Source: Octopus bimaculoides | Lineage: Eukaryota | Assembly (NCBI RefSeq): GCF_001194135.2 | Contig: NC_068986.1 | Span: forward strand, 68,828,182 to 68,875,384 | DNA: 47,203 bases | Direction of reading: 5' to 3' | Shown: positions 1 to 11,313 of the stretch, piece by piece | Position numbering within the stretch: position 1 is the first letter of the stretch | How the letters are laid out: the number at the start of each line of letters is the position of its first letter | Position numbers and translations under genes: made by a program | Notes under the pieces: model-generated | Seen by the model: only the letters and a program-made list of their open reading frames with translations | What the model was told of the DNA's origin: nothing | Databases searched by the model: none

Positions 1-366
1 TAGTGATCAGCTCTGCCACATTCAGCTTCCTCACTTTCACATACAGAACTTTTCCTATAGTGTACTAAAGAACTGGTAAAATTGCTCACGTGTTATTGAC
101 TCTTTTTCTATCTGCTGTAACATTTCACATACATGTATCACTCACATACATACTTTTCTTTGTACGACGGCCTGTCTTTGATAATGTTCTTATATGTCGC
201 ATTCACACTCTCACACAGACATACACCTTTAACGCTACAATAAATATCTCTGTTATTCATCTAATACGGTTGTGGTCTTTCATTGCTGGTCATCTATGTT
301 ATCGTCGTATAACATATTATGTATATCATATTTGATATATATATTTTTGTGTTCGACCGTGTGACA
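1..366 (+). mobile_element. 3' part of an LTR (probable solo LTR, Gypsy/BEL-like)
   Basis: Bases 1-178 are a diverged reverse complement of 12558-12745. Contains AATAAA at about 239-244 and ends in GTGACA at 366; the second copy supplies a TGTAGTG start. Confidence 0.55.
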
Positions 367-463
367 CGTGTAAATAAAAGGAGTCCTCTGTTTTTCCATT
401 CGTCACCATTTCTCCTTTTTGAGTTCGCACGGTCGTTCCTTACACACACATATATATATATAT

Positions 464-612
464 AGTTGAAATTTACAGAAAAACAAAAGACGAAGACAGG
501 TGTATAAACAAACAGGTGTATTAGTTTGACGCTCGGGAAGGTGAGAAAGTCTTTTACTTTTCGAGCCTATGCTCTTCAACAGAAAGGAACACGAGGAAAT
601 AAACAGAGGGAG
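464..612 (-). mobile_element. Short Penelope-derived (pLTR-like) element with degenerate hammerhead-like fold
   Basis: Homologous to 25020-25200 and abuts a (TA)n run. Minus strand reads CTTT-CTGTTGA-AGAGC-ATAG-GCTC-GAAAAGTA-AAAG. Confidence 0.5.
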
Positions 613-620
613 AAAAAAAA

Positions 621-795
621 AAATTGTGAATTTAGTCACGACGGGTTTCTCTCAGTTTCCGTCTACCAGATCCATTCATGAGGCTTTGGTTAGGCCCGAG
701 GCTATAGTAGGAGACATTTGTCCAAGTTGCCGCGCAGTGGGACTGAACCCGGAACCATGTTGTTAAGAAATAAACTTCTTACCAGGCAGTTACAC
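621..795 (-). mobile_element. tRNA-derived SINE, family A
   Basis: GGGACTGAACC is the reverse complement of a B-box. Body shared with copies near 20560, 31070, 33680 and 40740. Confidence 0.75.
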
Positions 796-2170
796 AGACA
801 CACAGATAGACAGACAGAGAGATAGGCAGGCAGACAAATAGATAGAAAAATAGACGAGGAGATAGATATTTACTGCCCTTCCGTAAATTTTTCGAAACGT
901 CAATACAAGTGTTAATATCACGTGATATCTAAAACATTTTAAAGTAAGGAAAGAGCTTGCACACGGTCAGAACCACTTTCTAAACATGCAAGCAATTTAT
1001 CCCCAAATCAGAACTGGTATATATCTATGGCAGTTGTTTTCCACATGTAAATCGCGAGTTTATCATGCATGAAGACCTCATTTCAGCCAATCAGAACATT
1101 TTGTTCACGTGATAAGTTGCAGAATTTTCATTTAACGAAGGCCGTAAAAACACATTTTTAGCGGGGAAAGCCACAGAGAATTTGGATTTCGTTGAATTTT
1201 ATCTTATAACTGCTTTCACAGCTTTATACTCAAGCCCGTACGATTTCCCTAATAGTTGCTATCACAGTTATAAACCCAATATCAAGATGGATGAAGAATC
1301 AACGTAAGGCAGCGATGTGAAAAATCATCCTAATCATCAATTATCCAACATCTGTAAAATATGATGTTCATATAAGATTGACTCTGTGTCTCATGAAACC
1401 TTGTCAATAAATCATGTATAGAAACTGACACCGAGTCTTTGTCATAATCAACGCTACACATGAGATGCATACAAAGTCGCGGGTGTTGCATCAAAGTTTT
1501 CTTTCCCCTAGTGAGATATCTAAACAAATACTTAGGGGGTCTTTCAGTCTCTACTATGAGACGTCTGTTGAGTCTACTGAGTGCATATGCTCGTTGACAA
1601 GATTCGTTTTCTGCACTGCCGTGTCCAACAGAACTGACTTTCTTTACTAAGCAAGCGTAGTCGTGTTACCAGTTTAGTTGCTCGATCATGCTGCAAGTTG
1701 TTCTGGGTTACTTGTTACTAGTAGCAATAAGAGTGACCTAATTCACACACACACACGTACGTACATACGCATATACATACAAACATACGTAAGTACGTAC
1801 ATGTATACAGACATATGGTGACAGTCGACTCGTTAATAAGTATGGAAAAGAATTTATGCTGCCTTCCTCTTTCTTCTTAATATGAAGTGACTCCCTGTCA
1901 TCATCCTCAGCAATTTGTAACTCATATAACACTGTAGCAAGACCAAAGCTTCACCGCCTGGATACTGATAGCACGAAAACGGATATTTGTAAGCATGTCG
2001 AAATATGATTAGTTATCGAAATTTGATTAGTTGACAGTCCTTCCTCTGCCAAAACAGCAGCGTGAAAATACGTCACACATTCAATTGTACGGAGAGCGCT
2101 CGATAACTTTATTCACATGAAAAGCATGTGATTATTATCAAGCTTTTTCTTTTTAATATTAACAAATTTT

Positions 2171-2375
2171 AAGGCGGCGAAATGCTTAGCAGTATTTCGT
2201 CTGCCGTTACGTTCTGAGTTCGAATCCGCCGAGGTCCACTTTGCCTTTCATCCTTTTGGGGTCGATTAAATAAGCACCAGTTACGCACTGAGATCGATGT
2301 AATCGACTTAATCCCTTTCTCTGTCCTTCTTTGTCCCCTATATGTTTAGCCCCCTGTGGGCAATAAAGAAATAAA
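2171..2375 (+). mobile_element. tRNA-derived SINE, family B
   Basis: B-box-like GAGTTCGAATCC, body ACTTTGCCTTTCATCC..GGGGTCGAT, tail GCCCCTGTGGGCAATAAAGAAATAA. A decayed antisense relative lies at about 10830-11030. Confidence 0.7.
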
Positions 2376-3180
2376 TATTAACGAATTTTATCAGAACATT
2401 TAAATACAAAGAAACAAGAAAAGAAAAAAGAGAAANNNNNNNNNNNNNNNNNNNNNNNNNNNNNNNNNNNNNNNNNNNNNNNNNNNNNNNNNNNNNNNNN
2501 NNNNNNNNNNNNNNNNNNNNNNNNNNNNNNNNNNNNNNNNNNNNNNNNNNNNNNNNNNNNNNNNNNNNNNNNNNNNNNNNNNNNNNNNNNNNNNNNNNNN
2601 NNNNNNNNNNNNNNNNNNNNNNNNNNNNNNNNNNNNNNNNNNNNNNNNNNNNNNNNNNNNNNNNNNNNNNNNNNNNNNNNNNNNNNNNNNNNNNNNNNNN
2701 NNNNNNNNNNNNNNNNNNNNNNNNNNNNNNNNNNNNNNNNNNNNNNNNNNNNNNNNNNNNNNNNNNNNNNNNNNNNNNNNNNNNNNNNNNNNNNNNNNNN
2801 NNNNNNNNNNNNNNNNNNNNNNNNNNNNNNNNNNNNNNNNNNNNNNNNNNNNNNNNNNNNNNNNNNNNNNNNNNNNNNNNNNNNNNNNNNNNNNNNNNNN
2901 NNNNNNNNNNNNNNNNNNNNNNNNNNNNNNNNNNNNNNNNNNNNNNNNNNNNNNNNNNNNNNNNNNNNNNNNNNNNNNNNNNNNNNNNNNNNNNNNNNNN
3001 NNNNNNNNNNNNNNNNNNNNNNNNNNNNNNNNNNNNNNNNNNNNNNNNNNNNNNNNNNNNNNNNNNNNNNNNNNNNNNNNNNNNNNNNNNNNNNNNNNNN
3101 NNNNNNNNNNNNNNNNNNNNNNNNNNNNNNNNNNNNNNNNNNNNNNNNNNNNNNNNNNNNNNNNNNNNNNNNGTAATCCA

Positions 3181-3490
3181 TGCCATATGAAAGGTATTTG
3201 ATTAAAATTTCACTAAAAGATATTTTCTTAAAAGTTACGTGGGGAAAAAATCGGATCGTGTGAATTTTCCGAAGGTCCTCCCCCCACCCCCATCCGTTCG
3301 GAAAAATTTCCCCCACAAATTTCTTTATAATCGTAATCTATGCCGTTTGAAAGGTATCTATATAGAATTTCATTAAAAGATATCCGTTTTCCTAAAAGTT
3401 ATGAGGGAAAAAATCGGATCATGTGAATTTTCCAAAAGTCTTCTCCCCACAAACGATTCGTTGGCGCAAATTTCTGTTTTCATATTCGTT
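3181..3490. repeat. Two tandem ~160-bp units at a gap edge
   Basis: TGCC..TGAAAGGTAT..AAAAGTTA..GGGAAAAAATCGGATC..TGAATTTTCC recurs at 3181 and 3341. A similar segment lies near 37380-37470. Confidence 0.6.
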
Positions 3491-4342
3491 TAATATACAT
3501 TTTTTTACACCTATTACTCTTGTTTTTTTGTTTTGGTGGCCGGGTGTTAAAGTAAATATTAACCAAGGAGAAGGAGAGAGAAACGCACAGATAAGAGAAA
3601 TACGAGTTTTGTTATGATTAACAATCCATCCTTTTTCCAGGATGGCCTTGAAAATGTGTCCAACAAGCGATAAAAGTCAGGAAACAAATTGAGTAGCCTT
3701 TGTTGTTTTTTATTGCATCTATATTCAACGATTAGGATAACAGAAGAGTTTTGTCAAGCAGCTAAGTGGTTCAGTCATTTCATTTTCGAAGCGTATAAAC
3801 AGATTTCATCTTTCTGCTTAGTACCGCATTTATCAATTTTAGTACTGCTGCTGCTTTGTGGTATTCATTCAGGACCTACAAGAATTGGTTTCAGCCTGTA
3901 CATCGGTGATCCGGGGCTCAGAAAATTAAGGATGGACTTATTTAATATTTAACGGGTTCTGAATTGTGAGAGGACCCGTCCCTGAGGTCCCAAAAACAGG
4001 TCTTTCTTCCCTTTGTAAAATCTCTCTCGGTGGTCCTATACCTATTTATAACTAGATACTCAAGTGCTTTGATTGACCTGGCTGAGTAGAAATGTCGGTA
4101 GAGTGATATGAATTACCAGTCTGTCAGCTATTACAAAAATTGATAGAGTTTACAATGAAAAAAGTTTAAAATTTGGTTTATTTATCTATATATTTATTCA
4201 TTTCTAATGTAAAGAAATGTTAATCTTTAATTCTAAATATAATAAACCTGTATCCGTTCATTTGAACGCCCGCTCAAACTTTTCGTTACTTCGGGGCATA
4301 TCTCTAATTACACGCACGCACGCACAAAGTGACGTGCGTGTG

Positions 4343-4529
4343 CAGACCCATCACTAGACTTTGGTGCCTGGGGTTGCTTCAAAATATTCTGGGTGGGCTC
4401 TAATTTGTAATAATGTTAAAGTAGTTTCGAAATAAGTGTACCACTGAAAATCTGAGGGTACACCATTAAATAGTGATGGGACAGTGCCGTCCAGTGCACC
4501 CAACCCTTCCACACTTAGCGACGGGCATG
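4343..4529. mobile_element. hAT-like MITE
   Basis: Imperfect TIRs CAGACCCATCACTAG / CTTAGCGACGGGCATG. The 8-bp flanks TGCGTGTG and TACGAGTG match 6/8. Confidence 0.45.
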
Positions 4530-5139
4530 TACGAGTGTATGTTTTTCACATAACAACGTTGGTGAAAACACATGGAATGACAAAAAACTTGTGTTTAAAA
4601 TCACTAGAGCACTGATGATGTACTTTAGCGACCAAGGTATACTGTAAAAAGTCATCCAGGTTGTTAATAATTTCAATTTTTTTTTAACGGAATCGTATGG
4701 AATTTGCTGATACTGAGATAAGAAAACCCGTTCAGTTCGCGAGCTTCATAAAACTTTTGCCTTCATACACAAAATACTCAACAGCTCCTTAAAAACATTG
4801 GTTAGTAAACTGTCGCCTCGTCAAGCTTATGTAGCGTACAAAAGCAATGCCTCTGTAGATTTGTTTGAATGGGTGTAGATATATTAGTATAATGTAAGGT
4901 TGTGTGTTGACCCATAATAAAAGCAATTCCAACGTTGTTTAAATAGAATTAATTTTTACAGAAGCATATCACAATATTTATATAGTTACCCAATGCTTTG
5001 CCAGCAGTGTATTGTGTATTTCTGTAATTTTAATAGTGACAAGCTCCCAGTTAAATAACCGTGTCATATTACCTTCTCTAATCGGCACTGCGTATTCTTC
5101 AGATACAGTTGCTCAACAGCTAGCTCCAAACCTACATTA

Positions 5140-5408
5140 GGGTCTGCCATGAGCCCTAGGACTCATAAAGCTGGACCCTAACCTGTTTCCATTGTGTATG
5201 AGTGACTGAAAATACAATCCCACCTCCCACGAAAAGGGACGCCAGTCTGTCCAAGGGTTGACTTCCCAGCTATTGCTGAGTGGAGTGCAGCAATGTAAAA
5301 CGAAGTAATTTGCTAAAGAACACAATGCACCTCCTAGTCCGGGAACCGAAACTACAACCTTACCATCATGAGTGCAACACTCGAACCACTGGGCCATGTG
5401 CCCTCACA
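5140..5408 (-). mobile_element. tRNA-derived SINE, family C
   Basis: Minus-strand head TGTGAGGGCACATGGCCCAGTGG with a B-box-like segment, then GGTGCATTGTGTTCTTTAGCAA. The same head occurs at about 11030-11141. Confidence 0.7.
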
Positions 5409-5646
5409 ACCAAGGGTCGTACAAAATTAATTGATGAAAAATTAATTGCAATATATTGGTCCAGTTAATTGATTGGAGTCATACTGCCAATTAAATAATT
5501 GATTGCTGTCGTATCAATTAATTGCGACATTGTCAGCGAAAGTTTTTCAAATGGTTCACATTTCATTCGACGTTCAATTGGCAAATACAGCGTTCTATTT
5601 TTATTTGGGGTATTGTGTTGACGCTTTGTTCTGACAGCTGAGAATG

Positions 5647-5716
5647 ATTCATGTATTCTGTCGTGCTTAGGGATTGACTCAATAGTCCATCCCTAAGCAC
5701 GACAGAATACATGAAT
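5647..5716. repeat. 70-nt hairpin with a perfect 28-bp stem
   Basis: ATTCATGTATTCTGTCGTGCTTAGGGAT (5647-5674) is the exact reverse complement of 5689-5716; 14-nt loop. Confidence 0.95.
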
Positions 5717-5797
5717 GATACACATCCTATCATGCCTGGGAACTGGCTATTGTGTATGTTGTCAAATAATCGCTGTCGAGTGATTCTTAGTTCTGAT

Positions 5798-8539
5798 TAG
5801 GACTCGAAACCGGTTTTATATTATGATCAGTAAAACCGAAACGGATTTGCCAAACCCGATTTTAATGCTTGCGGTTTCTATTTTTTTTTTTTTCGCAAAA
5901 CATTTCTCCATTTTTTCTTTTGAAGAAATATCGTTGAAACTGAACTAACTGAACTGTTGTCGGTCGCCTTTAATTGAGAGTGTTGTCTGTTACATTGAAA
6001 CATCGCAGCATGTAAATTCTCTCCCTTGAACCTTAGATCAGCACCTTGTCATTTCCTTCGCTAACCCCTGGTTGACTCTTTGAATTTGGAGGTAACCGAC
6101 TTTATTCATAGCAAGTCAAGGAGATGCTGTTAGTCTTCAGTCAGGTGATCTTTCCCTTTGAGCATATGTAATAACCAATTCCAGATTCATTTCAAGGAAG
6201 TAACGCAAACTAATTTTTTTCTTAATTATTTTCATTAGCCCAAGCATGATAAAAAGAAAATCAAACAAAGATGAAGCTCAATGCAATAAGTGTGATAAGA
6301 TCATGAAGTCTTCTGGAGGATCTACTACGTCTCTGATTTTGCACTTGAAGAAAATTCATCAAATCGACATAAACCAAGATGCAAACCAGCCTCCTGTGAA
6401 AATGACAAGAACAATGGAACACTTTTTAACAAAGAAATCAATGGAAGAAGTTTCAAAGTTAGCTGCTATGGATGGATTCTCTTTCAATTCAATCGCCAAA
6501 AGCGATTTTATACAGAGAAATCTTCATAGTCAGAGAAGCAAATATGATAAATTACAACCAACATCTGCAAACGGAGTCAGGAATATGGTAATAAATTATT
6601 ACATAACCAAGAAAGAAGAAAGAAAGTAGTACTGGGGATTCGATACTCATTGACATTGGATGAATACACATCAATTCAAAATAAACGATATATGAACATA
6701 AATGTTCATGAGAAAGACAATTATTGGTCGTTGGGTCTTATTGAGATCCATGGCTCCCTTAATAGCAGGAGAACAGAGCAATTTGTGAGAGGACATCTTC
6801 GTGAATTTGGATTGGATTTTGATATGCACATTGTTGGCTGTACGACGGATGGTGCTTCTATGATGGTGAAATTCGGAAAAGAAATAAGACCTGATCACCA
6901 ACAATGTCTCACACATTGCATACATCTGTTTGTGATCGACATTCTCTATCGAATGAGACTGATAAAAAAAAAAAGAGATCGCTATAACAGACGATAGTGA
7001 TGATGAAGCTGACATAAGCCAACAAGACATACTTTTTCAAACAGATTTGGCTCACGAAAATGTTTTGTTTCTCCAGCTAAAACCTGAATTTAACAAAGTT
7101 TTAAATAAGGTAAGAAAAAATTTTTCCGTAAATCTCCTACAAAAATGAAATTTTGCAAGATTTTGTACGAGCGAACTTTGATAACAGAGAATATAAACTT
7201 ATACTGGATTGCAGAACTAGGTGGACTAGCACATTCCATATGAGTGAGAGATTTTTGAAATTGAAAAGCTGCATTCCAAATGCTCTACGAGCAGTACTTT
7301 TCACAGATGCCGTAGCTGACGAAGAATGGAAATCTCTCGATTTACTATATGAAATTCTGCATCCAGTAGAAATTATTTTGAAGGCTATTTGCGCTGATGA
7401 ATCGGATTTACTGAAAGCGAATATTCTATAGAATTTTTATTGAATAAACTTAATATCGTCGGCAACCCTTTAGCTCTAAATCTTCGTAAAAGACTTATAG
7501 ATATAATAAAAGAAATGTTGAAACCTTGACTCTCTTGAGGTATTTACATAACCCAAGGAAGTTTAAAGGTGAATCAATTTCTGGACCTTTTCTGTTTTTA
7601 ACGTAACAACATTTAAGGAAGTATGCTGAACAAACATATAGGAGATTATTTTCCTGAACATGACACTGAGAACACAACAGAATTATACAAAGAAAATGAA
7701 ATAGGAGGGAACCTAAAAACAAGTGTTACTGTTGTCCCATCTACTTACGAAGGTAATGAACTCCTGCGTGAATACACAAGCGCAATGAAGAAAATGAATG
7801 AAGAGCCCAAGATAGTAACAGATGGATTTGGAATCTCTAAAGAATTCGAATATTTTGAAGCAACTTCGAACAGAAGTGAAAAGCTCGAGAAACTTTATAG
7901 AGCATTGCTTACAACTAAAGCAACTAGTGTCCAGTCGGAAAGAGTTTTTTCAATTACTGGATTTTTCAACACAAAAATTAGGACAAGTTTGTCAGGTAAA
8001 ACACTGAATGCATTGTGTTTTTTAAAAGANNNNNNNNNNNNNNNNNNNNNNNNNNNNNNNNNNNNNNNNNNNNNNNNNNNNNNNNNNNNNNNNNNNNNNN
8101 NNNNNNNNNNNNNNNNNNNNNNNNNNNNNNNNNNNNNNNNNNNNNNNNNNNNNNNNNNNNNNNNNNNNNNNNNNNNNNNNNNNNNNNNNNNNNNNNNNNN
8201 NNNNNNNNNNNNNNNNNNNCAAGCAAGTCAAGAAACTTGATTGATTCCCAAAAATACAACGACTTGGAAAAACGTTGCATTCCTGATTAAATAAATATAA
8301 TACCATCACTTTTTGTAATTGTTTGTACATAGATACAGATACAGGCACCATCAACATATTTGTGGATATCAGTCAACCTGTTACTTTCTCTCTTTCTCTG
8401 TGTATGTATATAAACAAAATACAATATACGACAAACTTCTTCGTTACAGGGACACCGCTCTAAATCCGCGAAAACCGGTTTTGAGAATTACTTATACTTA
8501 AACTCGGTTTTGGGAATTATCGGTTTTTTGCGAGCCCTA
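5798..8539 (+). mobile_element. Degenerate hAT transposon (inner) with BED zinc finger transposase pseudogene
   Basis: TIRs TAGGACTCGAAA / TTTGCGAGCCCTA; 8-bp TSD GTTCTGAT/CTTCTGAC (6/8). ORF pieces: CNKCDKIMKSSGGSTTSLILHLKKIH (BED), TLDEYTS, TTDGASMM, CLTHCIHL, DCRTRWTST, ATSVQSERVFS. Confidence 0.85.
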
Positions 8540-10829
8540 CTTCTGACTGCCGAGAATGATTTACACATTCTGTCTTCAAGTCATGTAAATTGTAACGCAG
8601 TTGTTGTATCTTGAATTCCGTTCCAACGTATTAACTGAATCAAACTATTATCAGTGGAATGGCGAAATATCTTCTATTTTAAACTGTGGCGAAATATCTT
8701 TTATTTCAAACCAACCCATGCCACGTGAAAACGAGCAAATCGTCAGAAAATATTTTAACCAAACAGACAGTGAACATGTAAAGAAATGCAAGTGTGGAAA
8801 AAAGTTGACCCAGAAAAAAGAAAAAGAAAAAGAAAAAAAAACATCGAAAAATGGTGGACAAATTGTTAGTGAAATAGCAATAAATCTANNNNNNNNNNAC
8901 CCAGAAAAAAGAAAAAGAAAAAGAAAAAAAAACAACTGGACAACCATCTTTATTGAGTTTTCTATCACCAAAAAGTAGCTTGGTCAGTCGCTCGGCCTCA
9001 AATGTTTATGGTTGGATTGAGTGGGTATGTGTTGTTTTAAAACCATATTTCTTAATTGAAGACTCACTGACTCGTAAGTATACAAACTTGGGGGTATGAG
9101 GGATGTGACCTTAAAGAAATACCATGGAGAAACTTACTCAAGAAGTGGAAAAGAAAATATCTGATGAAATTCCAAGTAAATTTTCATTGGTAATCGACGG
9201 TTGGACTTTCTGCATTTCATTCGTGCAATTATCAAAATGACTATTGTACTATGTTGGTGGCATTTTCGCCAATGGCAAGTGAAACATCATTCACTGCTTC
9301 TGATTATGTCGAATTTATAGAGTATGTGTTAAGTGTCTATAAAAATATTTAGAAAATGCTGTAGCTATTACCGGAGATAATACTGAAGTGAATAAATCTA
9401 TAGCCAATTTGTGTAGAATAACATTGATTGGATGTGCCTCTCATAAATTCAATCTAGCTGTTTCTGCTTATCTCGACAAGCAGGAAGTTCTGTTTGATAA
9501 GAGTAATATGTTGATGGTCAAGCTAAAATTATTAAAACTTGAGGGCAAACTTCGGGAAAAAACGCCTTTGCAACCTATACAAAAAAAAATAAAAGCCGTT
9601 GGTCCAGTACTTATGATTGAGAGGTACATCCAAATCAAGCCGTTTTTAGACTCTTTTCAAGGCGATCCAAAGCTGGTTGATTATCTGTTGACTCCACGCA
9701 GTCATAATGAACTGCAGACTCTAAAAGACAATTTAGGAAAGTTACGCTCAGTAAAAATCGCCTTCCAAAGAAGAGAAATAGATTTGGGAGATGCTCGAAT
9801 TCTTTTTGATGAAATTCTCGCATTGTATTCTTACAAGGAGTTTTAAAAAATACTTGCTTACATCGGCAGCCATAGTGCACAGCCCAAATTTTGAAAGTGG
9901 AGTTGTGAAAATTTTACAACATGCAGTAGCAGAGCCAACTGCGGATGAAGTGGCTGCTCTACACTAGCTGAAAGTGGTGAAAGACACATCACAACTGTCT
10001 TATTTACTTGGAGAAGATGATAATTTTGCTTCATTTGTTTGAAGAAACACAAAAAAATATAAAATTTCATCTCAACAATATCCGAACTGTAGATTTTTGT
10101 TACCAACGTCCAACATCTTGAAACGTTTCTTCAGCTGAGCAGGATACGTTTTTAATGATTTTCGGCAATACTTAATACCAACGAATTTAGAAATGCAATT
10201 ATTTCTAAAAGTCAATCGCACTTTCTGGGATGAAGACCTAGTTTCAGAAATCTGCTATCGTTCATGACCTTTTGCTATATCAGAACGTTTTAATCGTGCT
10301 ACTCGTTTGAGAAACTTTTTCAATTAAAGACCTTCAATTTATTTGTTTTTCAACTACTGTACAATGTCAGTATACATATTGCTTGTTCCCTATTCTAAAT
10401 CAATAAAACTGAACTTTGAACGTTTTCTAATAATAATTTTTTTTGAAACTATAAAACGTGCCTTTTATTTTCGTATCATTTTGGTTCTTATCTAAATCGA
10501 AGCTAACACCCCAAAATATATGGCATTTTTACGTTCGGCAAAATAATTGACAATTAATTGCAATTAACTGTAATAACTGATTGGCCTGCATCCTAATCAA
10601 AATTAATTGATTGCCAGGAAAATAACTGATTGGAAAAGTTCCAATCAATTATTTACAACCCTATATTAATCAACTAAAAACCTGGATCCAAGGCGACAAA
10701 CTTAAAGGAGTATCTATCAAGTTCATCGCCTTCTCTTCTTATGAGGAATCCCAGCACACATCGAATACAACAAAACAACCTGTGCGGGTGAACCTTCTCC
10801 AGCATTCATTATACGACCTGGGAGGGCTC

Positions 10830-11141
10830 TAACCCTCCCCTGTTGCTGTTGAGTAGATTACTAGAACTTAGGCTACCATTACTAGACTGGGTATAAAAAC
10901 TAGAGTTTTTTCCCCCCCTTTGCCTTCTCCAGGCAGGTGGTATTTGAACTCAGAAAGTAGAAAACCGAAAGATATACCGTAAAGCATCTCTGCTGACGTG
11001 CCAAAAATTCGGCTACTCCATTACCCTCAGAAGAACATGAAATGAAGTGTTTTGCTCAAAAACATAACGCGCCGCCCGGTCCGGGAATCGAACCCACGAT
11101 TGTCAGTGCAACACTAACCACTAGGCCACGCGCCTTCACAT
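10830..11141 (-). mobile_element. Adjacent SINE fragments (family B-like, then family C head)
   Basis: GTATTTGAACTCAGAA and GGGAATCGAACCC are antisense B-boxes; similar to 2171-2375 and 5300-5408. Confidence 0.55.
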
Positions 11142-11313
11142 AACAACAAATACATAATAAAAAATCTTTGAGATTTACGTTCCTGACACTAAAAAATTTT
11201 TTTATTCATGCTTTGTAAGCTAACACTAAGTAAGAATTATATTTAACACAGTTTATAACGGTATATAATTAACTGTGTTTCCAATTCCGTAGATTTCTTA
11301 AAGTATTTAATTA

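Larger units (their letters stand above)
5412..10663 (+). mobile_element. Degenerate hAT transposon (outer), interrupted by a second hAT
   Basis: Ends AAGGGTCGTACAAAATTAATTGA / TCAATTATTTACAACCCTA with AATTAATTG-type subterminal repeats. Frameshifted transposase at about 8710-10265 includes VIDGWT, CASHKFNLAV (CxxH) and PTSNILERFFS. No TSD found. Confidence 0.75.

Noticed and set aside
860-1730. Possible DNA-transposon (Crypton-like) remnant with CCAATCAG and CACGTG motifs
   Set aside because: No termini, TSD or recognisable protein motif found.
2338-3316. Long ORFs crossing N-runs (also 11481-12677, 13215-14483 as one frame, 24403-24891, 34280-35291, 36451-36930)
   Set aside because: They are open only because N codons contain no stops; only the flanking real sequence was interpreted.
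8810-8945. Duplicated sequence either side of short N-gaps (also 26050-26150)
   Set aside because: Typical overlap artefact at scaffolding gaps in low-complexity sequence.
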